Positions 51,631 through 63,300 of a stretch of 64,000 nt of DNA are shown one piece after another; within the stretch, counting starts at the first letter, position 1; every line of letters begins with the position of its first letter. The stretch lies in sequence record MW233709; one strand, given 5' to 3'. Source of the DNA: Escherichia phage UPEC01. Below the pieces are notes generated by a model that was not told the DNA's origin, did no database searches, and was given only the letters and a program-made list of their open reading frames with translations. A program made the position numbers and the translations under genes.

Positions 51631-54600
51631 TTACCTTTACCTGTGTTGGGTCTTTCGTGTCGCGTGGATTACCAATATCATCCTTAAGACGTTGATTAAC
51701 CAAATTGCGCCAGTTAGCAAAAGTCACGGCGGACTGGTCAAACAATGGACTGTATTTTTTACGACGTTCAGACGGGAGAGTCCCATGAAAATCTGAAAAA
51801 TCGTTTTCGGCATCATAATCTGCCGGTAATGGGAACGGTAAACCTGCGTTAGGAGCAATATTATATACTGCTTCACCTGTAACAGGGTTATGCTCAATGT
51901 TTCCATCAGCTCCAATAACTGCAATACGGTCACACCATTCTGACGGAATACCCGACGACCAACGATAGTTGTTCAGTTTATTGATAATGGTTTCTGTATG
52001 TTTTAATGACAGACCAGCATTAACAAACATTGTCAATAATGTAATTCCAACAAATCCAAATCCAACCGGATGAACAAATCGCAATACGTCATTACGATAA
52101 CGAGATGTAGGGAGACTTGATTTAATGGTCATTACATAGTAAGAACGATTTCGGTTGATATAATCGATGTTATTGCTAAGTAATTCTTTCCCGCGAACAC
52201 CCTGAACAATCATGCCTTCAAAGGAAGTCCTTTCGGATTTAATTTCTTGCCCAACAATAAAGCGACCAAGCAAGTTATGAATCGTGATACGCCATCTCAA
52301 TTTACCCTGTTTGTAGTCACGCTCCATATAGGTAACGTTACTGCGGCCAGTTGGTGTGTAAATTGTTTGTCCAACAATATCTTCGCTGATATTATCAGAT
52401 TCGACGATTATGTCATACTCGGTTCCGTTCTTGGATTCAATATCGATTTCAACGTCTTCATTATATAACAATTTGAATAAAAACTTATAGGATGCTTCAG
52501 TCCCCTTGGTTGCCCAAAAATCAGACTGTCTTGCTTCAAAGAAACGAACTACTTCGTCACGCTTGGTCTTTGACAAATATATATTTCTTTTGTACATTTC
52601 ACTCCAAAGGTATTCCCATGCATCTTCCTCGCGTGGGTACTGGTTGCGAATCAAGTTCAAAAGGTTGTTATAATATGTGCCAGAGCCATCACTGATAAAC
52701 TGCAAATAATATTCACAGAATTTTTCGAAGTTGCTATCCTGGAGCAAATAACTATCCGGAACCATCTTTGTTAAAAGAGGACGCAAGTCCGGGTCTTTCT
52801 CTTGTTCATCATTATCCGGGGTCCATGGAATATCATGTTCCTGGTTCTGTAATTCTGCAGTGAACATAACTTCTTTCGGTTTCCAGATTAATCTAACTTC
52901 ATCACGCATACGATAGTCAAATTCAAAATAACCAATAAGCTCACCAGTATTTTTATGTAACATAATACCCGAGGCATATTTTTTAAAGCCATTGAATTCG
53001 ATGTTAGGAGAAGTAACTTTTACTTGACCTTTATTCCAGTATTCGTGTACAATACGTTCAGGGGATGAACCACCAAAGGTATCGATAATCTTTTGATACA
53101 GCATGTCATTATATACAACCAGAGCTCTGTCTGATGTGGTAATCCAACAACGAGTATCATCACGGCGAGACCAGTTAAAGAACGGTTCAGCGTAATATGA
53201 CATACGTCCAGGTTTAAACTCTTCCCAACCTGAATCTTTATTCGACCTAAAACTCATCATCAAATAATGCTTGTCATGTATCCATTGTTCATCATACACA
53301 TATTTGACTGCTTCGTTAACTTCTTCAGGATACTTAGCGGGGAGTTCGGTATCTGGCTCAATGGAATAACGGAAGTTACTTGAACTGATAAAAAGTTCAA
53401 TTCCATCAGTTGACATGCTTGTGTAACCATGTTCAATACGGCGACGTTCATCCTCTGTATTACCAAAAACTCGTGTCCATGTATCGGTATCGGTATTTAA
53501 TTTATAAACGCCCTTTGATAATGAATCGACAACGTTTTCAGGCTTAGTCGGGTCTTGGCGTTCTTCCTTTACTTCACCCGTGATTAATGCAAACACTTCA
53601 CCGTCAATTGAATCCATCTTGTAACAAACAGCTTTTGGGTTGCCGCTTATTGTGCTATATCCAGCTTCAAATAATTTTTCACCGAATGTTGGAGAGTTAG
53701 GGTCATTATCAATTGGAGCATCAGAGGATTTAGCTTTGTATACACGGTCGCGGCCAGCAACGTAAATCATGGAATCGGTCGTAGTAATTGCTTCGGCAAT
53801 TGTTGAGATATATGCCGGGAGTCTTGCGTATGTGCCAAATATTTCAATATCAAATCCGAGATTGATATCCGAACCAATTTTTGCAAATGTTATATCCTGG
53901 GAACTGAATCGAACATCATCAGCAGACCATCTTATGTCACTTGATTTGCGACCGTAAAAAATTCGGTCATACCCGAGTACGTAAGTTGTCGTATCTGATT
54001 GATAATAAATTGTGCGCGATACCGGGTTACCGATACGGTCATTAAACAATTTTACATAATACCAGTTCTGCCCTTTATCATTGGAGACTTTGACAGTTGT
54101 CTGGAATCGTTCAAACAAATACAGTACACCACCGAGTTCAGCAATCATCGTACGATTAACATCGTTACACACTGGCTGAATACTGCCCTGAATTTCGTGA
54201 TATTGGTCTTCTTTTAATACATAGTTTGAAATTGAAGACAAATGAGAATAAGCAGGAGTAAAGCTAAAATCTTCGGACATCAACGATGCCATAATTGCAT
54301 CATTATTAAAGTTGATATAGGCCTGGTTATTGTTTGTGAATTTTTCTTCGATGAATTTATTTGTTAATGTAAACTCACGCATGTGTTCAAATGTGTATGC
54401 GTTAGTTGCAAAGGTTTCAAATTCTTCGGTATAAACCCAATCAGATTGTTCAAAACCCATTGCTGCAACAGCAACACGCATTTTGTAAAATGATACTGGA
54501 CGAATAAAATCTTGTTCGAACCATTCATTGTCTGGAGTATAACCTAAATTCCTCCATAACAGATTTTCTTCTGGAATAGCAACACCATTTTCTTTTGTCG

Positions 54601-54721
54601 GAGCAATCTCAACAAAATAATAAAAGTTGGCGCCAACATTATCCCATTTTATGCTAACCTGGTTAGCAGATAGTTTATCAATCCGTAAGCTGGTTACATA
54701 AGGGGCTTTAACACTCATCAT
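51623..54721 (-). CDS. 7: baseplate wedge initiator gp7
   Basis: 1032 aa from MMSVKAPYVTSLRIDKLSANQV...; SD AAGGAAA; extensive match to recalled T4 gp7; track start 54814 rejected. Confidence 0.9.
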   Translation of the reverse strand: MMSVKAPYVTSLRIDKLSANQVSIKWDNVGANFYYFVEIAPTKENGVAIPEENLLWRNLGYTPDNEWFEQDFIRPVSFYKMRVAVAAMGFEQSDWVYTEEFETFATNAYTFEHMREFTLTNKFIEEKFTNNNQAYINFNNDAIMASLMSEDFSFTPAYSHLSSISNYVLKEDQYHEIQGSIQPVCNDVNRTMIAELGGVLYLFERFQTTVKVSNDKGQNWYYVKLFNDRIGNPVSRTIYYQSDTTTYVLGYDRIFYGRKSSDIRWSADDVRFSSQDITFAKIGSDINLGFDIEIFGTYARLPAYISTIAEAITTTDSMIYVAGRDRVYKAKSSDAPIDNDPNSPTFGEKLFEAGYSTISGNPKAVCYKMDSIDGEVFALITGEVKEERQDPTKPENVVDSLSKGVYKLNTDTDTWTRVFGNTEDERRRIEHGYTSMSTDGIELFISSSNFRYSIEPDTELPAKYPEEVNEAVKYVYDEQWIHDKHYLMMSFRSNKDSGWEEFKPGRMSYYAEPFFNWSRRDDTRCWITTSDRALVVYNDMLYQKIIDTFGGSSPERIVHEYWNKGQVKVTSPNIEFNGFKKYASGIMLHKNTGELIGYFEFDYRMRDEVRLIWKPKEVMFTAELQNQEHDIPWTPDNDEQEKDPDLRPLLTKMVPDSYLLQDSNFEKFCEYYLQFISDGSGTYYNNLLNLIRNQYPREEDAWEYLWSEMYKRNIYLSKTKRDEVVRFFEARQSDFWATKGTEASYKFLFKLLYNEDVEIDIESKNGTEYDIIVESDNISEDIVGQTIYTPTGRSNVTYMERDYKQGKLRWRITIHNLLGRFIVGQEIKSERTSFEGMIVQGVRGKELLSNNIDYINRNRSYYVMTIKSSLPTSRYRNDVLRFVHPVGFGFVGITLLTMFVNAGLSLKHTETIINKLNNYRWSSGIPSEWCDRIAVIGADGNIEHNPVTGEAVYNIAPNAGLPFPLPADYDAENDFSDFHGTLPSERRKKYSPLFDQSAVTFANWRNLVNQRLKDDIGNPRDTKDPTQVKVNE

Positions 54722-54728
54722 GGTTTCC

Positions 54729-54750
54729 TTAAAAAGCCTCCGAAGAGGCT
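54729..54750 (-). terminator. terminator/attenuator hairpin between genes 6 and 7
   Basis: - strand AGCCTC-TTCG-GAGGCT followed by TTTTT then SD AAGGAAA of gene 7; overlaps gene 6 stop codon. Confidence 0.45.
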
Positions 54751-56696
54751 TATAGTGTAATTGGTTCAAGGTCAATCTTTGTATATTGCGGACGAAGGTC
54801 ATTCTCAAATACAATCAGTGAACCATCTTGCGTGTATATATTATCTTGGTTAGGACTTGCATAAAGTTCGATTGATTGAACTTCAAAGCGCTCGGAGGTT
54901 AATCCAATCGCGGCGATATCCCAAAAAATATAATCAGAGTAATAGTCAATTTCGCCAATTGCGTAATAAACTGTTTGGTCAGCCGGAGCTTCCATTTTAT
55001 TAAAGTCATCTTGTAGGTAAGGCTGGATGTTTACGTTTTCAATAACATCGCCTGGACGGAATGGACCAATTACCATTTTACCATCACCACGAGAATCTTT
55101 ATCAGTTGCAACAATGCGAACGTTATAGGCTTCACCCGTGGTCGGAACAAATTCAAATTCACTTGATTCGACTGAACGGTTGCCATACTGGTTATAGTAT
55201 TTAATGCCGGATTCTGGAGTCTTAAAGAAGTTCAGGACTTCACGCACCATCGAAATGGTTGCAGATGAACCAAGAATACTATGGTCAGTATTATCCACAT
55301 ACGTAAGCATTTTTGACTTAGCAAAACTTCTGTTAAAGATTTCAACTTCATCGATATAATAACGGTCAATCTGATTAATGATTTGTGCTTGCAACCATTG
55401 TTCAGATTCTTGTAATTTGTTCAGCGCATAAGATACTTTGATATTATGTTTAAGGAACAAATAATCCGGAGAAATTACCGATGGTGTAATTGTTGATACG
55501 TTGAACTCACTAAGGTAGTTCTGGATGTCCTCACGCTGCACTGCAGTGAGATACAAGCCCGATTTAGGCTTAACTGATATAAACGCATACCCAGGCTTAT
55601 TTGCGTCTGTAAACGTCTGTACGGCTTGCACGATTGAACCAAATCTTTCAGATACGAAGGTATCATAATCTGTTCCGGTGACAGCACGCATCTGCGCTTC
55701 ACGTTTAACAACAGCCAGTTCACGGATACGTTCGATATCTTCTGGGTCACCCCCGCCATCGGCACCGACATAATCAGGGTCGTCATTGTAGTTTTCAGTA
55801 ATTTTATCCACTGTGATATATGACAAAGTATCGGCATAACTGAAATCAACAGCACCGTTTGCATCTGCCCCTGAGGTACGAAGATATTCAATAACAATTG
55901 TCGAATCTTGCACCGGTTTGAGACCACCAATATAGTTGGCTTCCATAACGCCGCCGGCTACAGATTTGGTGGATTCACCTTCACCGAAGAAAAATTCAGT
56001 ATAGCCATCGATTGTTTCACGCATATAAAATATGGTGGAAGTCGAACCAGCATGGACCATTGATTTGTTCGTCCAGTCAACCCACTCAACACCGTTCACA
56101 TATAACTTAACTTCTTTGCGGTCGATATCCGGGTCGCGAATAAGAATAGGTTGTTTCGGGTCATATAAAAGTTCTGTACGAATAATACGGCCCTGGGCTA
56201 GAGATACAATCGGAAGGTATTGGTTGTTAATATCTTTAACTGCAATAACGTTTTCCGTGGTAACAAAAACATAAGGGTCAGCTGATGTATCACGAGCATA
56301 TGCCAGGAATTTAGTTCCTCGTGGGATTTCAATATTCGATGGTTGCAGAGCATGAGAACATGTCAACATAACCGAAGTCTTTGCGGCCGAACGTGAAGAT
56401 GGAAGATATCCATTATCCTGTGCTGCCTGAACAACCGAAGACCTTAAGTTTGCAGTTCCGATAAATGATTCATAAACTGCTGTATTAGCAAACTGCTGCA
56501 TATAAAGTGTATTATACGCAAGCATGTCAATCAGGATATTCATTCGCGAACCTACGAAATCATAATCCTTAAATTCATCCTGGCTTGATAACCAGTCGAT
56601 GATATTCTTTTTAATTTCTTCAAACGTAGCTCCCACAAATACTTTTGGGATAGCGTTAACGGTTCTTGTTAATTGGTAATTCGTAGGAGTAGCCAT
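54750..56696 (-). CDS. 6: baseplate wedge protein gp6
   Basis: 648 aa; synteny and size. Confidence 0.9.
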   Translation of the reverse strand: MATPTNYQLTRTVNAIPKVFVGATFEEIKKNIIDWLSSQDEFKDYDFVGSRMNILIDMLAYNTLYMQQFANTAVYESFIGTANLRSSVVQAAQDNGYLPSSRSAAKTSVMLTCSHALQPSNIEIPRGTKFLAYARDTSADPYVFVTTENVIAVKDINNQYLPIVSLAQGRIIRTELLYDPKQPILIRDPDIDRKEVKLYVNGVEWVDWTNKSMVHAGSTSTIFYMRETIDGYTEFFFGEGESTKSVAGGVMEANYIGGLKPVQDSTIVIEYLRTSGADANGAVDFSYADTLSYITVDKITENYNDDPDYVGADGGGDPEDIERIRELAVVKREAQMRAVTGTDYDTFVSERFGSIVQAVQTFTDANKPGYAFISVKPKSGLYLTAVQREDIQNYLSEFNVSTITPSVISPDYLFLKHNIKVSYALNKLQESEQWLQAQIINQIDRYYIDEVEIFNRSFAKSKMLTYVDNTDHSILGSSATISMVREVLNFFKTPESGIKYYNQYGNRSVESSEFEFVPTTGEAYNVRIVATDKDSRGDGKMVIGPFRPGDVIENVNIQPYLQDDFNKMEAPADQTVYYAIGEIDYYSDYIFWDIAAIGLTSERFEVQSIELYASPNQDNIYTQDGSLIVFENDLRPQYTKIDLEPITL

Positions 56697-56704
56697 TTTA
56701 TTTC

Positions 56705-56998
56705 CTATTTTATAAAGACTTTTGATGAGGCTTGAGCCACAGTATCACCACATGAAATCGGGTCTGCCATTTGAACAGCTTTCTTACCGGTAACAAATAC
56801 TTTTGATGTGCGCGGTTGTGTTACTCCACCGTGAGTTTCATATGGTTTTTTAATTTCGGTATGCTCGGTAATAGGGTCTCCGGCAACTAACACCGGAATT
56901 CCCCCGGTGAATACTTTACCTTGAGTTGCATTAATTACAGTCGGTGGCCATGCTTCGTGGCCTGCTGTAACACATTGATTGAAACTTAATCCAGCCAT
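56705..56998 (-). CDS. 5.4: PAAR-like baseplate spike tip protein gp5.4
   Basis: 97 aa; position between 5.x and 6 as T4 gp5.4. Confidence 0.7.
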   Translation of the reverse strand: MAGLSFNQCVTAGHEAWPPTVINATQGKVFTGGIPVLVAGDPITEHTEIKKPYETHGGVTQPRTSKVFVTGKKAVQMADPISCGDTVAQASSKVFIK

Positions 56999-57519
56999 TA
57001 ATCCCTCGCGTATACGTATGAACGCAATTTATCTGCCCATCTTGACCAGTTACCAACGATAGTTTTTGTGTAAACTTTTGTCATTGTCTTTCTTACTGGA
57101 GCAGGAGGTGGGTCGGTCTCATTACCTGCACGGCTATTACTGCCGCCAGAGCTCCCTGTGTCTCCACCAGAGCTCTCTTCTTGAAAGTCATAGGTTAGGG
57201 TTACCGTGTATGAAAAGACCTTCTGGAGGCTCGCTGGGGCCCTCCAGAGATACAATTGAGTACTCTTATCGGTAGGAAGGTCTTCCCATGAACCGGCAGT
57301 TTTGAATTCATCATTAAGCCGATATTTAAGTGCATCATCTGCGAATCCGAACACGGATTCATAAACACCATAAAGATGATTACCCTCAACATTAACGCCA
57401 GGGGTGGCCTCATATTCAGTTATATTTATTTCGACTAATGTTTCGTTTGTTTCTAATTGAGCTGTAAACGTAACATCGATTGAGGCTCCTTCCATGGAGT
57501 CTCCTAGGTCAGTGCTCAT
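56998..57519 (-). CDS. gp5.1-like protein
   Basis: ORF between gene 5 and 5.4; start set at first ATG not overlapping gene 5 (MSTDLGDS...); start uncertain. Confidence 0.5.
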   Translation of the reverse strand: MSTDLGDSMEGASIDVTFTAQLETNETLVEINITEYEATPGVNVEGNHLYGVYESVFGFADDALKYRLNDEFKTAGSWEDLPTDKSTQLYLWRAPASLQKVFSYTVTLTYDFQEESSGGDTGSSGGSNSRAGNETDPPPAPVRKTMTKVYTKTIVGNWSRWADKLRSYVYARD

Positions 57520-57529
57520 TGGAAGTATA

Positions 57530-59272
57530 TTAGCCAATGTCAATCCTCGAACCATCAATAGTATATTGACCAGATGCAATAGAACTCATTGTTGACATTG
57601 TTTCGGACCAATTGCCAGCCACGGTCATATCAACGTTTCCATTAACGGACCATTTGACATTACCATTTACCGTATAATCATGGTTACCTTCGACAAGAGT
57701 TTTTGCGTCACCTTTAACAGTTATTTCAGCATTACCTTCGACCAGAATACTTACATTACCTTTGACGATAATTGTACCGTCACCTTCGATAGTTTTGGTT
57801 TCATTCCCACGAATATGAATGCTTTCGTTTCCATCGGTCTGACGACGAACGTTAGCCATATTATAATAGGTTTCATCACCACCAACGTTGACTTTATTAT
57901 TACCACCAACGTAAGTACTCGAATCGCCCTGGGTCATATAATAACCATCAGCTACTGTCTTCGAAGTCTTACGACCATCTGGTGCAACTTCCTCATAGGA
58001 ACCGGTTGGATGAATCAGTCGATAACGTTCTTGTCCAGGGGTATTATCGAATTCCTGAATATGACCGCCTTCAGTTTGCATTGTCTGCACGTAAGGATAT
58101 TCGCCCTTGTAACTTGATTCTGGCTCTTTAAATAGAATCCTTGTATCTTCTGGGGTCCACGGGTCGGCTGGGTCAGAATTTGCAGGGGCTGCAAAGGTTT
58201 GAATCATCCTATATGAACGCCCTTTAAATGACCTTTCTTTAGGGGCCATAATACCATATGATTCCATATTACCGGTAAGGATAATCATTGATACCCTTGA
58301 TGCACGTCCTTTAGTTTGGTTAAACCATACTGAATTACGAGCTTCCTCAAATGCCTTTTTATAATCACCTACTAACATTGCGCTAAGCATACCACGGAAT
58401 TTAGCCAATCCACCCAATCCCATTTGGAAAGCCATGTTTTCAAGAGCCATTTGTCTCGAACGGTTTTCTTTATTGTAAACTGGACCCACAACACTATGCC
58501 GGCCTATATCGTTTTGGACTTTTTTAAGGTCTTCTTGGAATAATTTAGAGGCCTCGTCCATTGATATTGCACCAGGGTTGCCTTTAACTTCACGGCCTAT
58601 TTGATTAGATAATATTTTGTTTATTTGATTCATATCTCTAATAGGTTGTGGCGTAATTAAGTGTCCTATACCTATAGTAGGATAACCTTCGGTGTCCCAA
58701 TATACTTTCAAACGAAGACCTTCATCACGGTGAAGCATATTTTCAATTGTGAAATTAGGATTATCATCTGGCTTAACTTGACTCAAATCAAGGCCATCGG
58801 GGTTAATACCAAGGTCAAGGTTTGCATCCTGAATTACGTTCGAAGTTGCATCGTAACCGACCTCACCGCCTCGGTTGAGCGCAGCAGCATCATTACCTAC
58901 ATAAAGTGGATATTGTCCTGTGGGGTCAGAGAAGCCTTCGTTGGGATTTGCTTTTTGTCTTGAGGCTGAACCATACGTACCAATAACAAGTCCGTTGAGT
59001 TTCCACTTGTCTAAAAAGTGACCATATACCTGAGTCCCTGGCACCATACCAGTCATTGCAGTTTGAATACCAGAAACTGATGCAGATGATGTTGGCATCA
59101 GTACAGACATCCATGGCAGGTCTTCAGTTCTGATACCTTTTACAGGTCCTTGCGATTTCTCATATGGATGCATACCCCATACACGGACACGGACTCGACC
59201 TTGTTGAAGTGGGTCCATTCGGTCTTCGACAACACCGACGAACCAACTTACATTATCTGACATATTAATCAT
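57530..59272 (-). CDS. 5: baseplate central spike with tail lysozyme (gp5)
   Basis: 580 aa; N-terminal WFVGVVEDRMDPLQQGRVRVRVWGMHP; C-terminal V.G-rich beta-helix repeats; synteny. Confidence 0.9.
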   Translation of the reverse strand: MINMSDNVSWFVGVVEDRMDPLQQGRVRVRVWGMHPYEKSQGPVKGIRTEDLPWMSVLMPTSSASVSGIQTAMTGMVPGTQVYGHFLDKWKLNGLVIGTYGSASRQKANPNEGFSDPTGQYPLYVGNDAAALNRGGEVGYDATSNVIQDANLDLGINPDGLDLSQVKPDDNPNFTIENMLHRDEGLRLKVYWDTEGYPTIGIGHLITPQPIRDMNQINKILSNQIGREVKGNPGAISMDEASKLFQEDLKKVQNDIGRHSVVGPVYNKENRSRQMALENMAFQMGLGGLAKFRGMLSAMLVGDYKKAFEEARNSVWFNQTKGRASRVSMIILTGNMESYGIMAPKERSFKGRSYRMIQTFAAPANSDPADPWTPEDTRILFKEPESSYKGEYPYVQTMQTEGGHIQEFDNTPGQERYRLIHPTGSYEEVAPDGRKTSKTVADGYYMTQGDSSTYVGGNNKVNVGGDETYYNMANVRRQTDGNESIHIRGNETKTIEGDGTIIVKGNVSILVEGNAEITVKGDAKTLVEGNHDYTVNGNVKWSVNGNVDMTVAGNWSETMSTMSSIASGQYTIDGSRIDIG

Positions 59273-59871
59273 AATGACTTCTCCATCTCACGGATTAATG
59301 CCGAAATAAATGATTCGATATCATTAGGGTCGATTATCTTTATTTCTCGTTTATATTCATTTTTGCGAATAGCGTCTTCATAGATATCTACTGCAGCTAA
59401 TGGACCTTCATATTGTGGGTACAATTTATTCTTATCACCTTTATCATACCAGGTGTACGGATTATCAGGATAAGAAACAAGATTCCAGAATTTTTCACCA
59501 TCTTCATTTACATGATAAAGAACCTGATTACCACCTATATTCGAATAGCGTTGAATTGATGCCTGATACGATGATTCTTGTGAACATATCCAACCATAAT
59601 AAGGGTCATAGATATTATTAAGCATAAGGAGAACCCAATAGAGTTGCGTGTTTCCATAGAGCTGGTATGCAAGTTCTTCAGGTCTCGGAGCTCCGGCGAT
59701 GTAATGCGTTTTCGGTGTATAATTAACCGCAACCTTATCAAAATAGGCACGATAGTTTCTGAAGATGTCAGTCATCGGGATGCTTAAGACGTCTTCTTTC
59801 GTTAATGATGCCGAGTTTTTTCTGATTGTTTTAGCATCATAATCAATTGGGTTAAAAAATGAAAAAAGCAT
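59269..59871 (-). CDS. 53: baseplate wedge protein gp53
   Basis: 200 aa from ATG 59871 with strong SD GGAGG; track start at 59901 would overlap the gene 4 late promoter. Confidence 0.8.
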   Translation of the reverse strand: MLFSFFNPIDYDAKTIRKNSASLTKEDVLSIPMTDIFRNYRAYFDKVAVNYTPKTHYIAGAPRPEELAYQLYGNTQLYWVLLMLNNIYDPYYGWICSQESSYQASIQRYSNIGGNQVLYHVNEDGEKFWNLVSYPDNPYTWYDKGDKNKLYPQYEGPLAAVDIYEDAIRKNEYKREIKIIDPNDIESFISALIREMEKSL

Positions 59872-59883
59872 AAAGCCTCCATT

Positions 59884-59891
59884 TATAAATA
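59884..59891 (+). promoter_or_regulatory. late promoter upstream of gene 4
   Basis: TATAAATA 29 nt upstream of gp4 ATG; - strand of the same palindromic ATTTATAAAT reads TATAAATG upstream of gene 53. Confidence 0.6.
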
Positions 59892-59919
59892 AGTATATCA
59901 ATATTTATTAGGAGGCTAT

Positions 59920-60369
59920 ATGGCATACTCCGGGAAATTTAAGCCCACCAATATAGAAAAATATAAGGGCGACTGGAAGAAAATACAATACCGGTCAAGT
60001 TGGGAGGCTTGGCTGATGAGATGGCTCGACAACCATCCGAACGTTGTTCAATGGGGTTCTGAGACTGTGATTATTCCATACTTCTGCAACGCGGAAGGGA
60101 AAAAGCGCAGATATTATATGGATTTCTGGGTTAAGTTCGATACGGGGCAACAGTTCTTTTTCGAAGTTAAACCATTAAAAGAAACAAGACCCCCAACCAA
60201 ACCGGCCAATAATACCACTGCGAGTAAAAAGAGATTTATTAATGAGATGTACACCTGGAGCGTTAACTCTGACAAATGGAAAGCTGCGCAAGCTACCGCG
60301 GATAAGATGGGTATAACGTTCAGGATAATCACTGAAAACTCACTGAAAAAATTAGGATGGAAAGGATGA
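59920..60369 (+). CDS. 4: head completion protein gp4
   Basis: 149 aa; late promoter TATAAATA 59884-59891; order 4-2-3-1 as in T4. Confidence 0.8.
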   Translation: MAYSGKFKPTNIEKYKGDWKKIQYRSSWEAWLMRWLDNHPNVVQWGSETVIIPYFCNAEGKKRRYYMDFWVKFDTGQQFFFEVKPLKETRPPTKPANNTTASKKRFINEMYTWSVNSDKWKAAQATADKMGITFRIITENSLKKLGWKG

Positions 60370-61190
60370 GTATTTTTACATTTATCAATGAATCTGCAGA
60401 TAAACCAGGTCCGAAACCCAGTAAATCAGAACAACAATGGGTTGAAATAGGGGTTGAATTTTATACAGCAAAAGAAAAGGGAATGACCTCGAAGAAGTTT
60501 GCTGAAGAGAAAGGAATCAACTATTCGACCTTTACCAAAAGCATGTCGAGATATCATTCGAGAATTCAGACTGCTTATAAAGTATCCAAGCTCAAAAAGA
60601 AACCCGCCGGTAAACTTACGAAGGCTGAACGTCAGCTGATAATGGTGAATAGCTTTAGAAAGAGCATAAGAGATAAGATTGCTAACGAAGGCGCTGCAAG
60701 CAACACCAAATCTGCCAGATGGTTCGCTGAGACAATTAAGAAATCAGTTCGTGGTCACGTAACGGCTAAACCTCAACCGGGTAAGATTTATGCTTATATC
60801 TATGATGCAAAGCATAAGGATACTCTTCCGTATTGGGACAAATATCCGTTAATCATTTATCTTGGGCTAGGTAAGCACAATTTGATGTATGGTTTGAACT
60901 TGCACTATATTCCACCGAAGGCACGTCAAGAGTTCCTTGAGGAACTTCTTAAGCAATATGCTAATACTCCTACGATTACGAACAAGACTCATCTGAAGAT
61001 TGATTGGTCAAAGGTGAAGGGATTTAAAGGGGCTGACCAGATGATTAAAGCATATATACCTGGCAATATAAAAGGTACTATTACTGAAATCAAGCCCAGC
61101 GACTGGGCAAACGTTGTTATGCTTCCGTTGCAACAATTTATGTCGAAAGGCAAAAGATTCTCTTCCCAGAAAGTATGGAGAAATTCATAA
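60357..61190 (+). CDS. 2: DNA end protector protein gp2
   Basis: 277 aa, basic; synteny between 4 and 3. Confidence 0.8.
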   Translation: MERMSIFTFINESADKPGPKPSKSEQQWVEIGVEFYTAKEKGMTSKKFAEEKGINYSTFTKSMSRYHSRIQTAYKVSKLKKKPAGKLTKAERQLIMVNSFRKSIRDKIANEGAASNTKSARWFAETIKKSVRGHVTAKPQPGKIYAYIYDAKHKDTLPYWDKYPLIIYLGLGKHNLMYGLNLHYIPPKARQEFLEELLKQYANTPTITNKTHLKIDWSKVKGFKGADQMIKAYIPGNIKGTITEIKPSDWANVVMLPLQQFMSKGKRFSSQKVWRNS

Positions 61191-61202
61191 TCTATTATCG
61201 GT

Positions 61203-61262
61203 CAGTGTTATTGGTAAGGACAAAAGGTCTAGAACCATTATAACACTGATTGTTTTAAAGCA
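61203..61262 (-). promoter_or_regulatory. orphan middle-type promoter cassette on - strand (antisense to gene 2)
   Basis: - strand reads TGCTTTA-N13-TATAAT-GGTTCTAGACC (+ coords 61262-61226); inverted repeat CAGTGTTAT 61203-61211 / ATAACACTG 61240-61248. Confidence 0.45.
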
Positions 61263-61275
61263 AACAAGGTGCACT

Positions 61276-61875
61276 ATGTCAGGTTTATATAATCAAACTA
61301 ACACGACTAACTTTATATTAGAGGTGAGCGATTCAAACCTCACACAGACCTTTAAACTCAACGTTCAAGACGTTACCCTCCCAGGAGTTCACATTCCTGT
61401 GACGGATGTTCCTGGCGGAACACAAGGTATAAATCGCTCCAGTCTTCCTGGTAGTACAATAGAATTCGACCCGCTGATTGTTAACTTTCTGTGTGACAAA
61501 GACCTAAGAGCGTGGCTTGACATCTATAAATGGATGCTCTCGCTCAACAACTACATCACACACGAATCAAAAGCATGGCATCCGAAGGGTCGTCCCGAAG
61601 CGGTCACGCTTCATATCTTAGATAATAACAAGGACAAAATTGTCATGTCAATCCATTACTATGGTGCATGGCCGTCCGACCTGTCAGAGATTCAGTATTC
61701 ATATAAAGAAGATTCTGACCCGGCTATCAATGCAACAGCAACTTTTAACTTTAAGTCTTTTGCTGTAGAAATTGATGGTATAATAATAGAAGGTAGACCA
61801 CAGATTGATAGTAATGCAGCAATGCAACAGGAAATCAGGTCTAAGTCAATGCATCCATCTATGAGAAACGTATGA
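61276..61875 (+). CDS. 3: tail completion and sheath stabilizer protein gp3
   Basis: 199 aa from ATG 61276 (SD AAGGTG); tail-tube-like; track start 61114 rejected as extension. Confidence 0.7.
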   Translation: MSGLYNQTNTTNFILEVSDSNLTQTFKLNVQDVTLPGVHIPVTDVPGGTQGINRSSLPGSTIEFDPLIVNFLCDKDLRAWLDIYKWMLSLNNYITHESKAWHPKGRPEAVTLHILDNNKDKIVMSIHYYGAWPSDLSEIQYSYKEDSDPAINATATFNFKSFAVEIDGIIIEGRPQIDSNAAMQQEIRSKSMHPSMRNV

Positions 61876-62548
61876 AATTAATTGCGATTGTGGGTAAAAA
61901 ACGCAGTGGTAAAGATACGACTGCTGATTATGTTATTAGTCAAAATGGAACAAAGTGGCAGCTTGCAGGTCCGATTAAAGAAGCGCTTTATAACGCGTGG
62001 ATTCGTCAAGACCTGCCACACAATTTGACCCTGGAAAATTTTGATGGACAAGGTTACGACCGTGAAAAAACCTTAATAATGAACAACACCGAAGCTTATA
62101 TTCTTCTGGTTGATGCTCTTGAATGGTTGAAACAACAATACAATCTTGACCTTCCGAATCCGGATATGGTTCGTAAAATTATTGAATTTCACACACTAAA
62201 TAATGTTGAGCCCTGGACAGTTAGACGTTTCATGCAGACCCTTGGAACTGACATTGTTTGTACAGAGTTCGACAGCATGTTTTGGATTAAAACTTTTGCC
62301 TGCGACTATCTTGACAACCTCTATTCTGGATATAAATATTACGTTGTCCCAGATGTTCGCCAAAAGAACGAACTTGATTCGCTTCGGGCGATGGGTGCTA
62401 CAATAATCTTTGTAGAACGCGATGAAGCAAATCATTCTACTGATACACACATTACGGAAGCTGGACTTCCACCACTAGCTAGTGACATTGTTATTAAAAA
62501 CGATGGCACACTCGAAGAACTTTTTGATAAAATTAATAAGGTAATATA

Positions 62549-62549
<1 letters not shown>
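61872..62549 (+). CDS. 1: deoxynucleoside monophosphate kinase gp1
   Basis: 225 aa; P-loop GKKRSGKDT; YQLAGPIK, VRR.MQ.LGTD, YY.VPD.RQ..E...R.MGAT, DTHITEAGLP match recalled T4 gp1. Confidence 0.9.
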
Positions 62550-63239
<690 letters not shown>

Positions 63240-63240
<1 letters not shown>

Positions 63241-63279
63241 TGTACAAATGAGTGTAGGTGCAGTATTATGTTCCTACAC
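63240..63279 (+). promoter_or_regulatory. early promoter with -10 inside a hairpin loop, upstream of IP-like genes
   Basis: GTGTAC 63240-63245, 18-nt spacer, TATTAT 63264-63269; stem GTGTAGG 63252-63258 / CCTACAC 63273-63279; AAGTAGTGTACAAA also at 567-580. Confidence 0.5.
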
Positions 63280-63300
63280 CAATGAACGAACGGAGTTAAA

